From the NCBI RefSeq assembly GCF_006345805.1, contig NC_042997.1, positions 205,840,001-205,904,000 on the forward strand: a stretch of DNA of 64,000 nt. Direction: 5' to 3'. The position numbers and the translations under genes were made by a program. Shown here in pieces: positions 13,196-25,739 of this stretch. Every line of letters starts with the position of its first letter. Position 1 is the stretch's first letter. Source of the DNA: Octopus sinensis (taxonomy: Eukaryota). The notes beneath the pieces were generated by a model that had not been told where the DNA came from, searched no databases, and was given only the letters and a program-made list of their open reading frames with translations.

Positions 13196-14080
13196 GTGTT
13201 TTGCATAGGATATGTGCAGTACCTAGTAGTGCAATTTTCTGTATGTTATATATATTTGTTAGTACTGGTGTTTTTGTTATGTATTTGTCTGAATATTTTT
13301 TTAACATACCTAATATGGCTACTATGATAGGAATTGTTTCTGTTTTTAGAATCCACATTCGAGTTACCTCCATTTCCAGGTCTTTGTATTTTGAGAGTTT
13401 CTCCATTCTTTTAGAGACACGTTGTCATCTGCCGGTATTGATACATCAATTAGAAAGCATTTTTTTCTTCATGATCTCTAACAACTGTATCTGGTCTGTC
13501 GGCTTAATTTCTCTATCTGTGTGTATCGGCATATCCCAGAGTATGGTTGCTTTCTCGTTTTCTGTGACCTTTTCTGGTGTGTACCTATACCATCTTTTTT
13601 CTGTTGTTATTCCATAATGTTGGCATAGCTTCCAGTATATGTAGGCCCCAACTTTGTCGTGTCTGTGAATATATTCCTTCTTAGCCAGGACTGGGCAGCT
13701 AGAGATAATATGATTTATTGTTTCTTGTCCATCTCCACATATTCTGCGGTTACTTGTAATATTTCTTTTCATTACATGATTTTGGTAATTTCTGGTGGGG
13801 AGGCTTTGGTCTTGTGCTGCAATTAAAAATCCCTCTGTTTCTGCTTTGAGTCCTGAGCTTCTCAACCATTGCTGGGATTTTTCTCTATCTATTTCTTTTG
13901 CGTTTAGTTTAGTCCAGTATTTGCTATGAAGAGGTTTTTCTTGCCATCATTTTATCATGGTCCGTTGCTGTTCTAGTTTTAGTTTGGATTTCATTTGTTT
14001 TACACTTTTTGTTGTTTCTTCTTTTTCTTCATAGTTGTTCGGTACTATAACTTCTTCTTTTGCATTTGTCAGCTTCCTTA
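13180..14080 (-). mobile_element. R4/Dong-like retrotransposon 3' region (zinc knuckle + restriction-like endonuclease)
   Basis: ETINHIISSCP, RHDKVGAYIYW, ILWDMPIHTD and EKLSKYKDLE..IPIIVAILG. Confidence 0.82.
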
Positions 14081-14119
14081 AAGACTAAAAACAGTTTTTT
14101 TCTTTTGTGTGTGTTTTGT

Positions 14120-15645
14120 GGCTTTTTGTATTAGTGTTCTTTCCTTCTGAAATAGGTATTTTTGCAGTCTTATGGTGGTTATTTTGTAATAGTTTTCTTT
14201 CCTTCTGAAATAGGTATTTTTGCAGTCTTATGGTGGTTATTTTGTAATAGTTTTCTTTCCTTCTGAAATAGGTATTTTGCAGTCTTATGGTGGTTATTTT
14301 GTAATAGTTTTCTTTCCTTCTGAAATAGGTATTTTTGCAGTCTTATGGTGGTTATTTTGTAATAGTTTTCTTTCCTCTGAAATAGGTATTTTTGCAGTCT
14401 TATGGTGGTATTTTGTAATAGTTTTTTTCCTTCTGAAATAGGTATTTTTGCAGTCTTATGGTGGTTATTTTGTAATAGTTTTCTTTCCTTCTGAAATAGG
14501 TATTTTTGCAGTCTTATGGTGGTTATTTTGTAATAGTTTTCTTTCCTTCTGAAATAGGTATTTTTGCAGTCTTATGGTGGTTATTTTGTAATAGTTTTCT
14601 TTCCTTCTGAAATAGGTATTTTTGCAGTCTTATGGTGGTTATTTTGTAATAGTTTTCTTTCCTTCTGAAATAGGTATTTTTGCAGTCTTATGGTGGTTAT
14701 TTTGTATTAGTGTTCTTTCCTTCTGAAATAGGTATTTTTGCAGTCTTATGGTGGTTATTTTGTAATAGTTTTCTTTCCTTCTGAAATAGGTATTTTTGCA
14801 GTCTTATGGTGGTTATTTTGTAATAGTTTTCTTTCCTTCTGAAATAGGTATTTTTGCAGTCTTATGGTGGTTATTTTGTAATAGTTTTCTTTCCTTCTGA
14901 AATAGGTATTTTTGCAGTCTTATGGTGGTTATTTTGTATTAGTGTTCTTTCCTTCTGAAATAGGTATTTTTGCAGTCTTATGGTGGTTATTTTGTAATAG
15001 TTTTCTTTCCTTCTGAAATAGGTATTTTTGCAGTCTTATGGTGGTTATTTTGTAATAGTTTTCTTTCTTCTGAAATAGGTATTTTGCAGTCTTATGGTGG
15101 TTATTTTGTAATAGTTTTCTTTCCTTCTGAAATAGGTATTTTTGCAGTCTTATGGTGGTATTTTGTATTAGTGTTCTTTCCTTCTGAAATAGGTATTTTT
15201 GCAGTCTTATGGTGGTTATTTTGTAATAGTTTTCTTTCCTTCTGAAATAGGTATTTTTGCAGTCTTATGGTGGTTATTTTGTAATAGTTTTCTTCCTTCT
15301 GAAATAGGTATTTTTGCAGTCTTATGGTGGTTATTTTGTAATAGTTTTCTTTCCTTCTGAAATAGGTATTTTTGCAGTCTTATGGTGGTTATTTTGTATT
15401 AGTTTTCTTTCCTTCTGAAATAGGTATTTTTGCAGTCTTATGGTGGTTATTTTGTATTAGTTTTCTTTCCTTCTGAAATAGGTATTTTTGCAGTCTTATG
15501 GTGGTTATTTTGTATTAGTTTTCTTTCCTTCTGAAATAGGTATTTTTGCAGTCTTATGGTGGTTATTTTGTAACAGTTTTCTTTCCTTCTGAAATAGGTA
15601 TTTTTGCAGTCTTATGGTGGTTATTTTGTAATAGTTTTCTACCAC
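14120..15645. repeat. 58-bp minisatellite, ~26 copies
   Basis: Unit ccttctgaaataggtatttttgcagtcttatggtggttattttgtaatagttttcttt; period 58 (14143 to 14201). Nearly identical copies and no spacers. Confidence 0.95.
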
Positions 15646-15749
15646 CTTCTATACATTGTATATACAACCTTTCTATGTCAGATTTTATTATTATCATTAT
15701 TATTATCAGTATTATATTATTTCAAAAAGATTGACGTAACTCTTCACAA

Positions 15750-17270
15750 AGGTAAACAGTCACAGAAATGCAAGATGTCAATTAAACTACCCTGTGATCC
15801 TTACCAAACAAAAAAGACTTCATCAATGAACCGTAACCAGAGTATTATCTCATGACCATGTAGGAATTTGAATGCCTTCAGTGACTGTGTCTTGAATTTC
15901 TGCATGAAGAGATTAGCAAAATTAGCTGCCATAGGGGTACCCATGGCATAAACCTTTATTGGGTGGTAAAATGTTTGTCCAAACTTCATTGTGTTACTTT
16001 GTAACACAAGCTTTAACAGCCTACAGAGAAAATTTGAGGAAATACTTTTGTTTAGCTATTTTTCAAAGGCATCCATGCATAATTCTACCTCTGTATGGTG
16101 GTTAATATTGGGATATAAGAAAGAAACATCCATGATTACCAAAAAACAACTTTCAACATTGCTTCAGTACCTAAAAAGGTTGTTTATGTTAGATGTAAAA
16201 TCAAGTATCCTGAATATAGGAACTTGATCTTTTTGCAACAGGGAGTAGAAAGCCATCTAGCCACTTTGACATTTTGGTTGTACAATAGACATGTGTGTGG
16301 CAAATTGGGCGCATTGGAGGAAATTTTTTGAACTTTTTGTCTATTTTAGGGAGACCATAAAATACAGGTGTTCCTCTTTCTGACTGTAAAATCCTGGATT
16401 TGGCCTTATTCATAAAATTATTTTTTTCCATTTACAGAATTATTTTGTCTGGAAAAGATCACAGAATAGTTTAATTAAATTCTTGCATTTCTGTGACTGT
16501 TATGCTAAAAACTGTGGCTTAAGTCCAACATAAAATTTACGTCTTGTTTTTCAAAAACTAGCATTGATTATTTGGACACAAAAGTTAAGTTTTCTGGAGG
16601 CAGAATAGTGACAGAGTTACTTTGCAAGCCCATGTCATCCCACATTTACTCCCACCACCGATCATCCACAGCATATAATTTGGTCAAATCCCAAATCCCA
16701 ATAGTTGAGGATAAAACAGATTCGTACTGACATAAGGGATTACTAGAAACATGCACATCATTATGTCAAATGCAGTTACAGTGAATCCCGATTAAAGGAA
16801 ATAGCAAATGACACAGCTAACATTAGCCAAGAAAGTTAAGCCCAATTCACACATAATTTTAGCAAACACAATAGAATGTGTGACAGAAATGCTTTAGTGA
16901 TTAACTGGCATCAAAATTTCTCTGGCATTTCAAAAGCGTTGAAAGAAAGTTACCAGCATGTTGCAGAAAAATATCCTTGTTTCAAACTAATATTTCTTCA
17001 GCCACCCATTGTAGCCATTCGACAGAGTATAAGGGACCTTTTAACCTCTACTTCTAACTCCGAGAAAACTAACATTGGGGTATCTGCACGCAGTACCTTG
17101 AAAAACAGCCGCAAGAGAGGTAAGCCCTCTTCATTGCGCAACAACATGAGTCAAGTCAGGAATCATAACAGAAATGTTATGATTTATACAGAAGGTGGGA
17201 AATGTAGAGCTTTACATTTTGCTGTGTTCATGGCAGAATGCACGAAATGCAACTTGGTTTATGGGGGCTA
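15750..17270. mobile_element. Penelope-like element with inverted 5' RT half
   Basis: Minus 15750-16440: TPVFYGLPKI..PPMRPI, AMGTPMAANFANLFM, WLRFIDEVFFVW. Plus 16457-17270: DYLDTKV and a GIY-YIG start homologous to 12263-12980. About 45 bp is duplicated at the break. Confidence 0.85.
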
Positions 17271-17799
17271 TGGGGTGTTAGAATTTCAACCCCTCCAGTT
17301 TCAGAATTTCTTTTATTCACTCTTGGAAGAATGCATTATCTCAGCCTGGTTGTGTTTGTAGAAAGTTGAAAAGTTATCAAATTTTAGACACTTTAGTGAC
17401 AACAGCTTGCTTTCAACATCTTCAAAAGATCTGAGGTCGCTAAAGCGGCAATAAATTTGATCTCCTTTGATTTTAGTGGTAGGTGAAAACATATGGGTAA
17501 TTACAAACGCATATGTGCATATCTGTGTGTGTGTATACACGTGTGCATGCACATGTACTGTAGAACGGTCAGTAATGTAGTTGTTGTAGCTGTAATCGTT
17601 ACTGTTGTGGTGATTCTTGTTGCTACTGTTTACATTTGGTTGCTGGGTAACAAATGGAATCTGAAAAGCTGACTGTTTCATTAAGTAGGTCATCAACTGA
17701 CATTGAATCAAGGTTGAGGCTAGGTCTCTTATTGTTGTTGCTGTTGAAAAGTATTTGAAGAGAAAACACGTGGACTTATGGTATTGGTAAAACACCCAC

Positions 17800-18230
17800 A
17801 TATCATCATCATCATCATCGTCGTTTAACGTCCGTTCTCCATGCTAGCATGGGTTGGACGGTTCGACCGGGGTTCTGGGAAGCCAGAAGGCTGCACCAGG
17901 CTCCAGTCTAATCTGGCAATGCTTCTACAGCTGGATGCCCTTCCTAACGCCAACCACTCCGAGAGTGTAGTGGGTGCTTTTTACGTGCCACCTGCACAGG
18001 TGCCAGGCAGGGCTGGCAACGGCCACGGTTAGATTGGTGTATTTTATGTGCCACCGGCACGGAAGCCAGTCGAGGCGGTGCTGGCATCGGCCACGAGTCG
18101 GATAGTGCTTTTTACGTACCACCAGACCAGGGGTCCTGGCTGGTTCAATTCGATTTCGATTTCGCTTGCCCCAACATGTCTTCACAAGCAAAGGGGGTTG
18201 GCATGGGTGCCTGTCGTACGGTCGCATTGG
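17800..18230 (-). mobile_element. Young RTE 3' end
   Basis: (gat)n tail; nearly identical in reverse orientation to 21075-21290. Confidence 0.8.
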
Positions 18231-18439
18231 AGTATTTTTATTTATATGCGTATATATATATAAACAGAGAAAAATATTAAATTATTTTATTCCCGGGTAT
18301 CACAGAATTATTATCGAATTAGTGAATTTACAAAAGAAGTAAGAAAATATTTTGAGTTTACAATTTGAAATTTTCCAAAATATACATTCAGAAAAGTTTT
18401 ATAAACTGAGAAGATTCACAAAATAATTTTTCTTTCTCT

Positions 18440-18800
18440 TTGAACAAAGATTCATCACCCTTCTGTCTTGAGATTCCATCTGATGCCAGGCAGAATGCCT
18501 TTGCTGATCTTCAGAAAATCTCATCTCCCTTCAGTCTTAAGATACTATCTGATGTGCAGCCACATGCATTTCTTCTCTCTGGCAAAGTCACATCTCCCTT
18601 CTGTTTTGATACTGCATTAGTTTAATGGTAAATATGTAATTGTAAATCCCTTGTAACCTAGCAACTGGTGCAATAATTATTAAGTTGTAATTGAATGGTA
18701 AACGTATATTATCACATACCTTGGACTTGCCATCGAATTGTTTTTTGTCACGAGTTTCACCTTCAGGCATTCATTATATTGGTCAACGCATCTACACTGA
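18440..18800 (-). mobile_element. Short Helitron-like copy with 2-3 diverged 69-bp STPR-like units
   Basis: 18690-18790 is the reverse complement of 28610-28730 (ggtgaaactc.tgacaaaaaacaatt). 18440-18620 translates like the antisense of the 69-bp array (QNAFADLQKISSPF). Confidence 0.75.
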
Positions 18801-18864
18801 CACACCATTCTGCTGTGGTGGCCGTAAAGATGGAAAGTTGCCGATGAGTAATGTTGTTCACATT

Positions 18865-19260
18865 ACTCTTTTACTTGTTTCAGTCATTTGACTGCGGCCA
18901 TGCTGGAGCACCGCCTTTAATCGAGTAACTCGACCCCGGGACTTATTCTTTTGTAAGCCCAGTACTTATTCTATCGGTCTCTTTTTGCCGAACCGCTAAG
19001 TAACGGGGATATAAACACACCAGCATCGGTTATCAAGCAATGCTAGGGGGACAAACACAGACACACAAACACACACATACACATATATATATATATATAT
19101 ACGACGGGCTTCTTTCAGTTTCCAGCTACCAAATCCACTCACAAGGCTTTGGTTGGCCCGAGGCTATAGTAGAAGACACTTGCCCAAGGTGCCATGCAGT
19201 GGGACTGAACCTGGAACCATGTGGTTGGTAAACAAGCTACTTACCACACAGCCACTATTA
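18865..19260 (-). mobile_element. tRNA-derived SINE, full length
   Basis: Reverse complement of the 47959-48362 family, with an internal CA/TA microsatellite. Confidence 0.88.
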
Positions 19261-20729
19261 TTCATTTAGTTATCACAGTAGAATTAAAATTGAAAGAAAA
19301 CAAGTATAACAATTTCATATGACATTACAATATAGATGTTATTCTTTCACTTTTGACACATAATACCAAACCAGTGCCAATGTTATTTTGTTTTATCAAA
19401 ATGAAAAAAATTACATGCTGACACTCACAGGGTCTGATACTATTACCTTGTAGAAGTTGATTTGATTTGGTTGAGCTGTTTGAGAATGCATAGGGAACAG
19501 ACAGATAAACAGACAAAGAATGTTATATATATAGACAAGGAAGTCGATTTGTAAACAGAACTTACAAGCCCCATTTGAGCGTATATATCCTCTAGAAGAA
19601 AATAGCTTTTGCTACTTTAGGAGAGTTTTTTTCTAATGCATGACTGCTAAGTGGTACTGTTGAAATGTCATTAATTAGTAATAAAGGCTTCTCAGCTGTA
19701 TGTGGCCCATAGCAGTCATACTTGTGCCTGCATGACCACATGAACGTTTTCTGACAGAGGGAGAAATGTGAATAGTGTATTTAAATAGACAGAGTTCAAA
19801 AAGCTTAAAATAAGGAAAGTAATGTTGTAGGGAGAATGTACAAATACTGTAAAGATAAAGATATTTACACACAACAAAATTGAAATGCACTGAAGTCAAT
19901 TTTTGGCAGATGTGGCAAAACTGAATTTAAACGCACTGGGTAAACAAAAATTAAAGATAAGTAAGCTATTTTCCAGGGAGAACGCACAAAAACCATAACA
20001 ACAGAGATTTTTACATATGACTAATTGAAATACATGGAAGGCAATTTGTAGACAGAAGTTAGTGTGTGAGTGAGTTAAAGAGAGGGAGAGAGAGTGAAAG
20101 AAAAAGACATAGAAAAGAGAGGAACTATTACAGAGGGTGAGAGAGAATATGTGTAAGCAAGAGAAACAGAGAATGAGAAAAAAGAGGGAAGAGAGAAATA
20201 AACAGAGAGAGAACCAGTTGAAAACTGCAGAAGCTTTTAGAGAGATTCGTGTAAAACACCATTTTCCCCCTGTTTCTCTCTTTACACAGGAGCTCTGGGC
20301 GAAATGTTATAGTGCATGACCATCCTTGGCGCATAAGTAATGTGTGTGTAAAGTTTGGTGGAAGTCTATTTCACTGGCTAATTGTTGTATAGAGTGTGTC
20401 TTGTGTTTGTATATTAGTTTGTTTAGGTTGTATTATAGAATCGATAGTATGTTGCATAGGATGTGGGCTGTTCCTTGCAGGGCTATTTTTTGAAAAGTAC
20501 GTAGTGTTCAGGACCCAGTTATTATTATTGTTATTATTATTATTCTATGTTTGGCTTTTGCTTTGCTTTTCTACAAGTTGACTCACCCAGAAACCTTAAG
20601 AGACAACAATTTTGAAGTTCATGCTGGTGTTATAACTAGTGTGCCATATTTTTGGTTTTGCACAGAGAATTGTTCTTGAGAATGTCTAAGAAAACACAAG
20701 AAAATTATGAGTTTGTTTTAAAAATATAT

Positions 20730-21065
20730 TTGATAATAGGATGATATTCTGATGTTAAAGTGACAGTAAAAGGTGTTTGCTGTTATGTACATTTAAATGT
20801 ATTTTCACACTGTTTACGGATTAAAATGTTTTAGGGAATTACATAGGCAATATTTTATGTAGGATATGGGCAGTTCTCATGAGCACTATTTTTTAAATTT
20901 CTTCCATCTTGGGATTTTTTGGTATCAGAGAAAGGTAGCAATCAGATCTTTTTGCTATTGCTCCTTGGGTACCTGTGACAATAGGTATTGTTTTAGTCTT
21001 GAAGTTCCACACTTTGCCAATTTCTATTTCAAGATCTTTGTACTTTGTCTTGTTACTGCATTATT
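20730..21065 (-). mobile_element. R4/Dong-like 3' end with 3' UTR
   Basis: KYKDLEIEIGKVWNFKT reading. The UTR aaaaggtgtttgctgttatgtacattt also occurs at 45720-45830 and 48740-48860. Confidence 0.7.
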
Positions 21066-21074
21066 CCTCTATTA

Positions 21075-21290
21075 TCACCTGCACAGGTGCCCCACCTGGC
21101 ACCTGTGCAGGTGGCACGTAAAAAGCACCCACTACACTCACGGAGTGGTTGGCGTTAGGAAGGGCATCCAGCTGTAGAAACATTGCCAGATTAGACTGGA
21201 GCCTGGTGCAGCCTTCTGGCTTCCCAGAACCCCGGTCGAACCGTCCAACCCATGCTAGCATGGAGAACGGACGTTAAACGACGATGATGA
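21075..21290 (+). mobile_element. Young RTE 3' end with 5' foldback
   Basis: Near-identical to 17800-18005 (reverse). Starts with a 16-bp inverted repeat, cacctgcacaggtgcc / ggcacctgtgcaggtg. Confidence 0.8.
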
Positions 21291-21720
21291 TCAAATCCAT
21301 AATCAGTAGAACCTACCCTTTTAGTAGAACCCCCTGTACAGATAGGAACTGTACTGTGTCTAGATTTAGCCCACAAACAAACTGTAAAGCCAGAAATGTA
21401 GTCTATAGTATAAGATGTATAGAGGGACAATGCAGTAACAAGACAACGATGTACATAGGGTAAATGGCATGGAGCATAGGAGAGCGGATAAATGAAACAT
21501 TGGAGAGAACTTAAGGAAGGAAAGAGCTCATCGATTCTATACCAACATGCCGAGCAGGAACACAGGGGCTCAATCAACAACATAGAAGTTAAAATCTTGT
21601 CCACACATAGAACAGACGCAACAATCAGACAAATTACGGAAGCTACACACATAATAGGAGATAAACCTAGCCTGAATAGGAAACTAGAATGGAACACTAG
21701 CACACACCACAACATATGAC
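21290..21720 (+). mobile_element. Penelope-like GIY-YIG C-terminal fragment
   Basis: SSILYQHAEQEH...VKILS..RQITEATHIIGDKPSLNRKLEWN. Confidence 0.65.
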
Positions 21721-21873
21721 AGAAGAGGATCCCCATAAACTGGTTACAATATAAACAAAACTGAAAACATAATAAATAAGATAAAATACACAGATAAATA
21801 AACAAATGGAAGTAAATAACTATATACATTTTTATTATTATGATTATTATTATTATTATTATTATTCTTATAC

Positions 21874-21913
<40 letters not shown>

Positions 21914-22399
21914 GTAGGTGTAAACACATAAACAAAATAAACAAAAACAAATTATATGAATGTGTATAAACAGGCGATATAAATATTACAGGCACTCCCC
22001 CCACACACACACTAACTAAACATAGACACACATAGGGGTATACGCATGTGCAAATGAAGACACATACAATAGGAATACAAAATACAAAATGGCTGACCGT
22101 TAGTAAGGAGAGACACACAAATAAGAAAGAAGAAAGCAAAGGTCCACTGATGAGGTCACAGAAGTGTGATGATAGAACTCTGGCTGAAATAAGAATAAGA
22201 TTAATGTAAAAAATAAATAACGCTGATATATAGTGTGTGTGTTTTTATTGGCTAAACTGACAAAATGACCATTCCAAAATACAACAATATCTGTTTCAAC
22301 ACACGATTTCACATCAAAAATCTTGCACAACAAATATATAAATGTAATAATTGCTTCTATTATTATATTTATTTATGTATTACCCCCAGGATGCTAAAC

Positions 22400-22585
22400 A
22401 TAGAGGAGAAAAACAAAGGGATTAAGTTGATTACATTGATCCCAGTGCATAACTGGTACTTGCTTAATCGATACTGAAAGATAAAGTCGACCTCAGCAGA
22501 ATTTGAACTCAGAACATAACGGCAGAAAAAATACTGCCAAGCATTTTGCCCGGTGTGCTAACGATTCTGTCAGCTCACCACCTTG
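22400..22585 (-). mobile_element. tRNA-derived SINE
   Basis: gtcgacctcagcagaatttgaactcagaac..gcattttgcccggtgtgctaacgattc motif. Confidence 0.8.
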
Positions 22586-23031
22586 TTTCTATTATTATAT
22601 TGCAAATCTATGATCTGACACATGACATTCATTTTATGTTTGTTTGTTTTTTTTCTATGCTATTGTGGGTATTTGAGGGAGCAATATAAAGCAGGATGCC
22701 CTTTCTCTCACCAACCCATAACTACTTCCCAAATAAAGAATATCTTCCCCATAATTATTTCCCAAATAAACAATATATTTAGCAATAGAGAGACAACTCC
22801 AAGCATGTTTCAGTGATGAGACCTCTTCATTATGATCCTATCAAACTATTCAACACATTCCATTATAGAAAATTGATGATGGTGACAGTGGTGATGGTTG
22901 ACATTGCTTATATTAATCTAATGTGTTCACAGTAACTACATACAAATTGTCCAACCTATGCAAGCATGGACAACAGACTTTTTGACGATGTCTGTAAATG
23001 ATTTCATGAAATAAAGAATATTTCTTCTAAC

Positions 23032-23212
23032 CTTTTTCCGATTCAAATGTGATAATAACTTCCCCAGAATCTTGGATCCGTCCTTGGATTCCTTTAATAG
23101 GTCCTCCACTTGATCTCCTCTTGTTCTCAAAATAAGACTGAATGGCTTCCAAACGGAAATCAGTTGGGACTCCTGACACCAATATCGTTCTGCCCTCTTC
23201 ATCTCCTCCCAT
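23032..23212 (-). CDS. PARP14-like: First coding exon (RRM1) of PARP14/PARP10-like gene; the exon extends to 23229 as 5' UTR
   Basis: Acceptor ttattttgcag| at 23230, ATG in aatATGg context at 23212, donor AAAG|gttaga. MGGDEEGRTILVSGVPTDFRLEAIQSYFENKRRSSGGPIKGIQ..EVIITFESEK contains YFENKRRSSGG. The catalytic domains lie outside the window, so the exact family member is inferred. Confidence 0.88.
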
Positions 23213-23689
23213 ATTCGAGACAGATATTCCTGCAAAATAAAACCAAGATTTAATGCTAGACAAATACAAGTTACTCACCATCCATGTAACAATACTGTGC
23301 TATCCACATCATAAACATCCACTTAACATGCCTGATGTAAACCTGAAATACATGTAGCCTTCAAACAGTCCAGATATGCTAGAAGTAACAGCCAAAGTTT
23401 TTCAAAAGTTCACCCAGTTATTTTTAAAATAGACAGCTTACCACATGGAGTAAAGGCTGCAAAGTCATTCAGATAAGCAATCTCTTGAATCAACCTAGCA
23501 AAACCTAATTCCCCATTTTACATCATTCATATTTCACTCCTATAGCTCATTTACTATCTATCTATCATTATTATTATCATTATTGTTACCATCATCATCA
23601 TTATTATTATTATCATCTATATATGTTTGTATGTATTTATTTTCATGGATGTTCGTATGTATGTATTTGTATGTATGTATCTATTTATC

Positions 23690-24080
23690 TGCCCAGTCGA
23701 AATCGACTCTCGGTCACTCGTTGGATCAGTGTCCTCCAGTCAGTTCTATCCTGGGCCGCTTCTTTCAGATTGGCTATGTCCATTCCAGTATCCCTCTTGA
23801 TGATGTCAAGCCAGCAGGTTCTTGGTCGGCCTCTTCCTCTCTTGCCACTGACCATTCTGAGCATGATGTCCTTCTCCAGGGATTTTCTCCGCATAATATG
23901 ACCGAAATATGCCAATCTATGCATGGTGATCCTAGCTTCTAGCGACATTTTCGGCTTGATCTGCTTAAGAACTTCTCCATTGGTGACCCTCGCTGTCCAT
24001 GGAATCCGTAAAAGTCTTCTCCAACACCAAAGCTTGAATGCATTAATTCTCCTCTGGTCAGCTTTCTTTAGTGTCTAGGT
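23690..24080 (-). mobile_element. RTE/BovB-like 3' fragment
   Basis: RLAYFGHIMRRKSLEKDIMLRMVSGKRGRGRPRTCWLDIIK. Confidence 0.8.
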
Positions 24081-24599
24081 CTCGCATCCATATGTTGCTA
24101 TGTATGTATATTTGTATGTATGTACATATGTATTTATACGTATACAAATACATGTATATCTGTTTATATCTATCTCTCTTCTTCTCTCTCTCTCTCTGTA
24201 TTTGTTTGGCAGCCTTATATATTAAGATTATCTTTGTACTCATCTTAATTTGTATTTTATTTTATTTATCTATTTATCTATACATAGATATATATATATA
24301 TATATTTCTATTTATTTATTTCTTTACTGGAATCCACTGCAAGTTTGACCGAACTAAAGAAATCGGTCAAAAAATAATATACGACCCTGGTTATGGTATG
24401 GAAATGATAAATTTCAAACCACATCGTTCCCTATGCCATGCTGACTAACATTATTTTCCCTGTATAAAAACTAAATCCATGCAGTACCCAGTATTTGCTT
24501 CACAAATTTTTCAAACTTTGAACCCCCATTTTGTGTTTGTTTACAATCTGCGTAAATTTGTTTACGAAGTGATCGCTTCAAACTAGCATTCTGAAAAAA

Positions 24600-25020
24600 A
24601 TAAAAGTCTAATGGTTTCACTTCTTAAGAAAGGCTATTCAAAAGTTTAATATAATATAATAAGTAATAAGTAAATACTTATTATATCATATTGAACTTTT
24701 TAATACGTTTTAATAAAAAAATAAATGAATAAATAAAAAATTAATTAATTAATTAAGAAAAATAAAAATGAAAATAATAATAATAAATTTAAAAATTAAA
24801 AGTTTAAAAATTTATAAATTTAAAATTTTCAAAATAATATAAAAAAATATAAAAATTTATAAATATAAATTAAAAATTTTAAATTTAAATAATTTTATAT
24901 TTTATATATTTTGTATATTATATTAATTTTATTTATTTCTATGTTTTGGTTTATGTTTTTCACTGTTTGATTTGCCTAATAGTGGTTTTATCTCTAATTT
25001 AATTTAGATATATATATATA
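24600..25020. repeat. Extremely AT-rich low-complexity tract
   Basis: Almost no G or C and no regular period. Confidence 0.8.
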
Positions 25021-25739
25021 TAGTTGAAATTTACAGGAGGTAGGAGGTATTGTTAGCAGCGTTGTAAGCATAAGCATTATGGTCATTGAATGATGTAGAT
25101 TTAAGCGGTGTAGCAGAAATATGGATATTCCAGGGGCGGGGTGTCAGCTGAAAGCTGGTCTAGTTTGTCCAAATAGATGGGCTTGCAGGTATAATGGCGG
25201 GTACCACCAGCGGGGAAGGGTTCAGACAAAGAGAAAGGAAACAAGCACAAATGCACACAGAAACAAGCATGCACAGACAGCCAAATAGCTTTTACATTTA
25301 CTTCCCAAGGCCAAGGAAATGGGTAGTTGTTGGCATATTTCTAAACAACGAAAATGGAATTAAATATAGCCGAACCTGGTTGCACTTGTCACAGTAGAGA
25401 GATAGAGAAAGAGAGGGAGAGAGGTAGAGAAGGAGGAGAGAGATAGAGAGAGGGGGGCAGGTAGAGAAAGAGAGGGAGAGAGATAGAGAAAGAGAGAGTG
25501 CAGGTAATATAGAGAACAACACCATTCGGGAGGAGGAGTTGGCAGAAACGATAATTGCTTACAACGCTGTTAACACTAGCTCCTACCTCCAGTAAGGGCA
25601 GCAATCAAACATGCTTGAATGTTTTCAGGTCGAAAGGGAGATCAACGAAACATGCCTAAATGACGAACACCACAACAACCCTCTTCTTTTCAGGCACTAA
25701 ATAACATCCCTCCTCCCCAAACCTCACTCCACATTACCT

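Noticed and set aside
23279-23342. Extra micro-exon with tttcag acceptor and gtgagt donor just upstream of the first coding exon
   Set aside because: It would leave a 49-nt intron and lies in repeat-like sequence; unsupported without transcripts.
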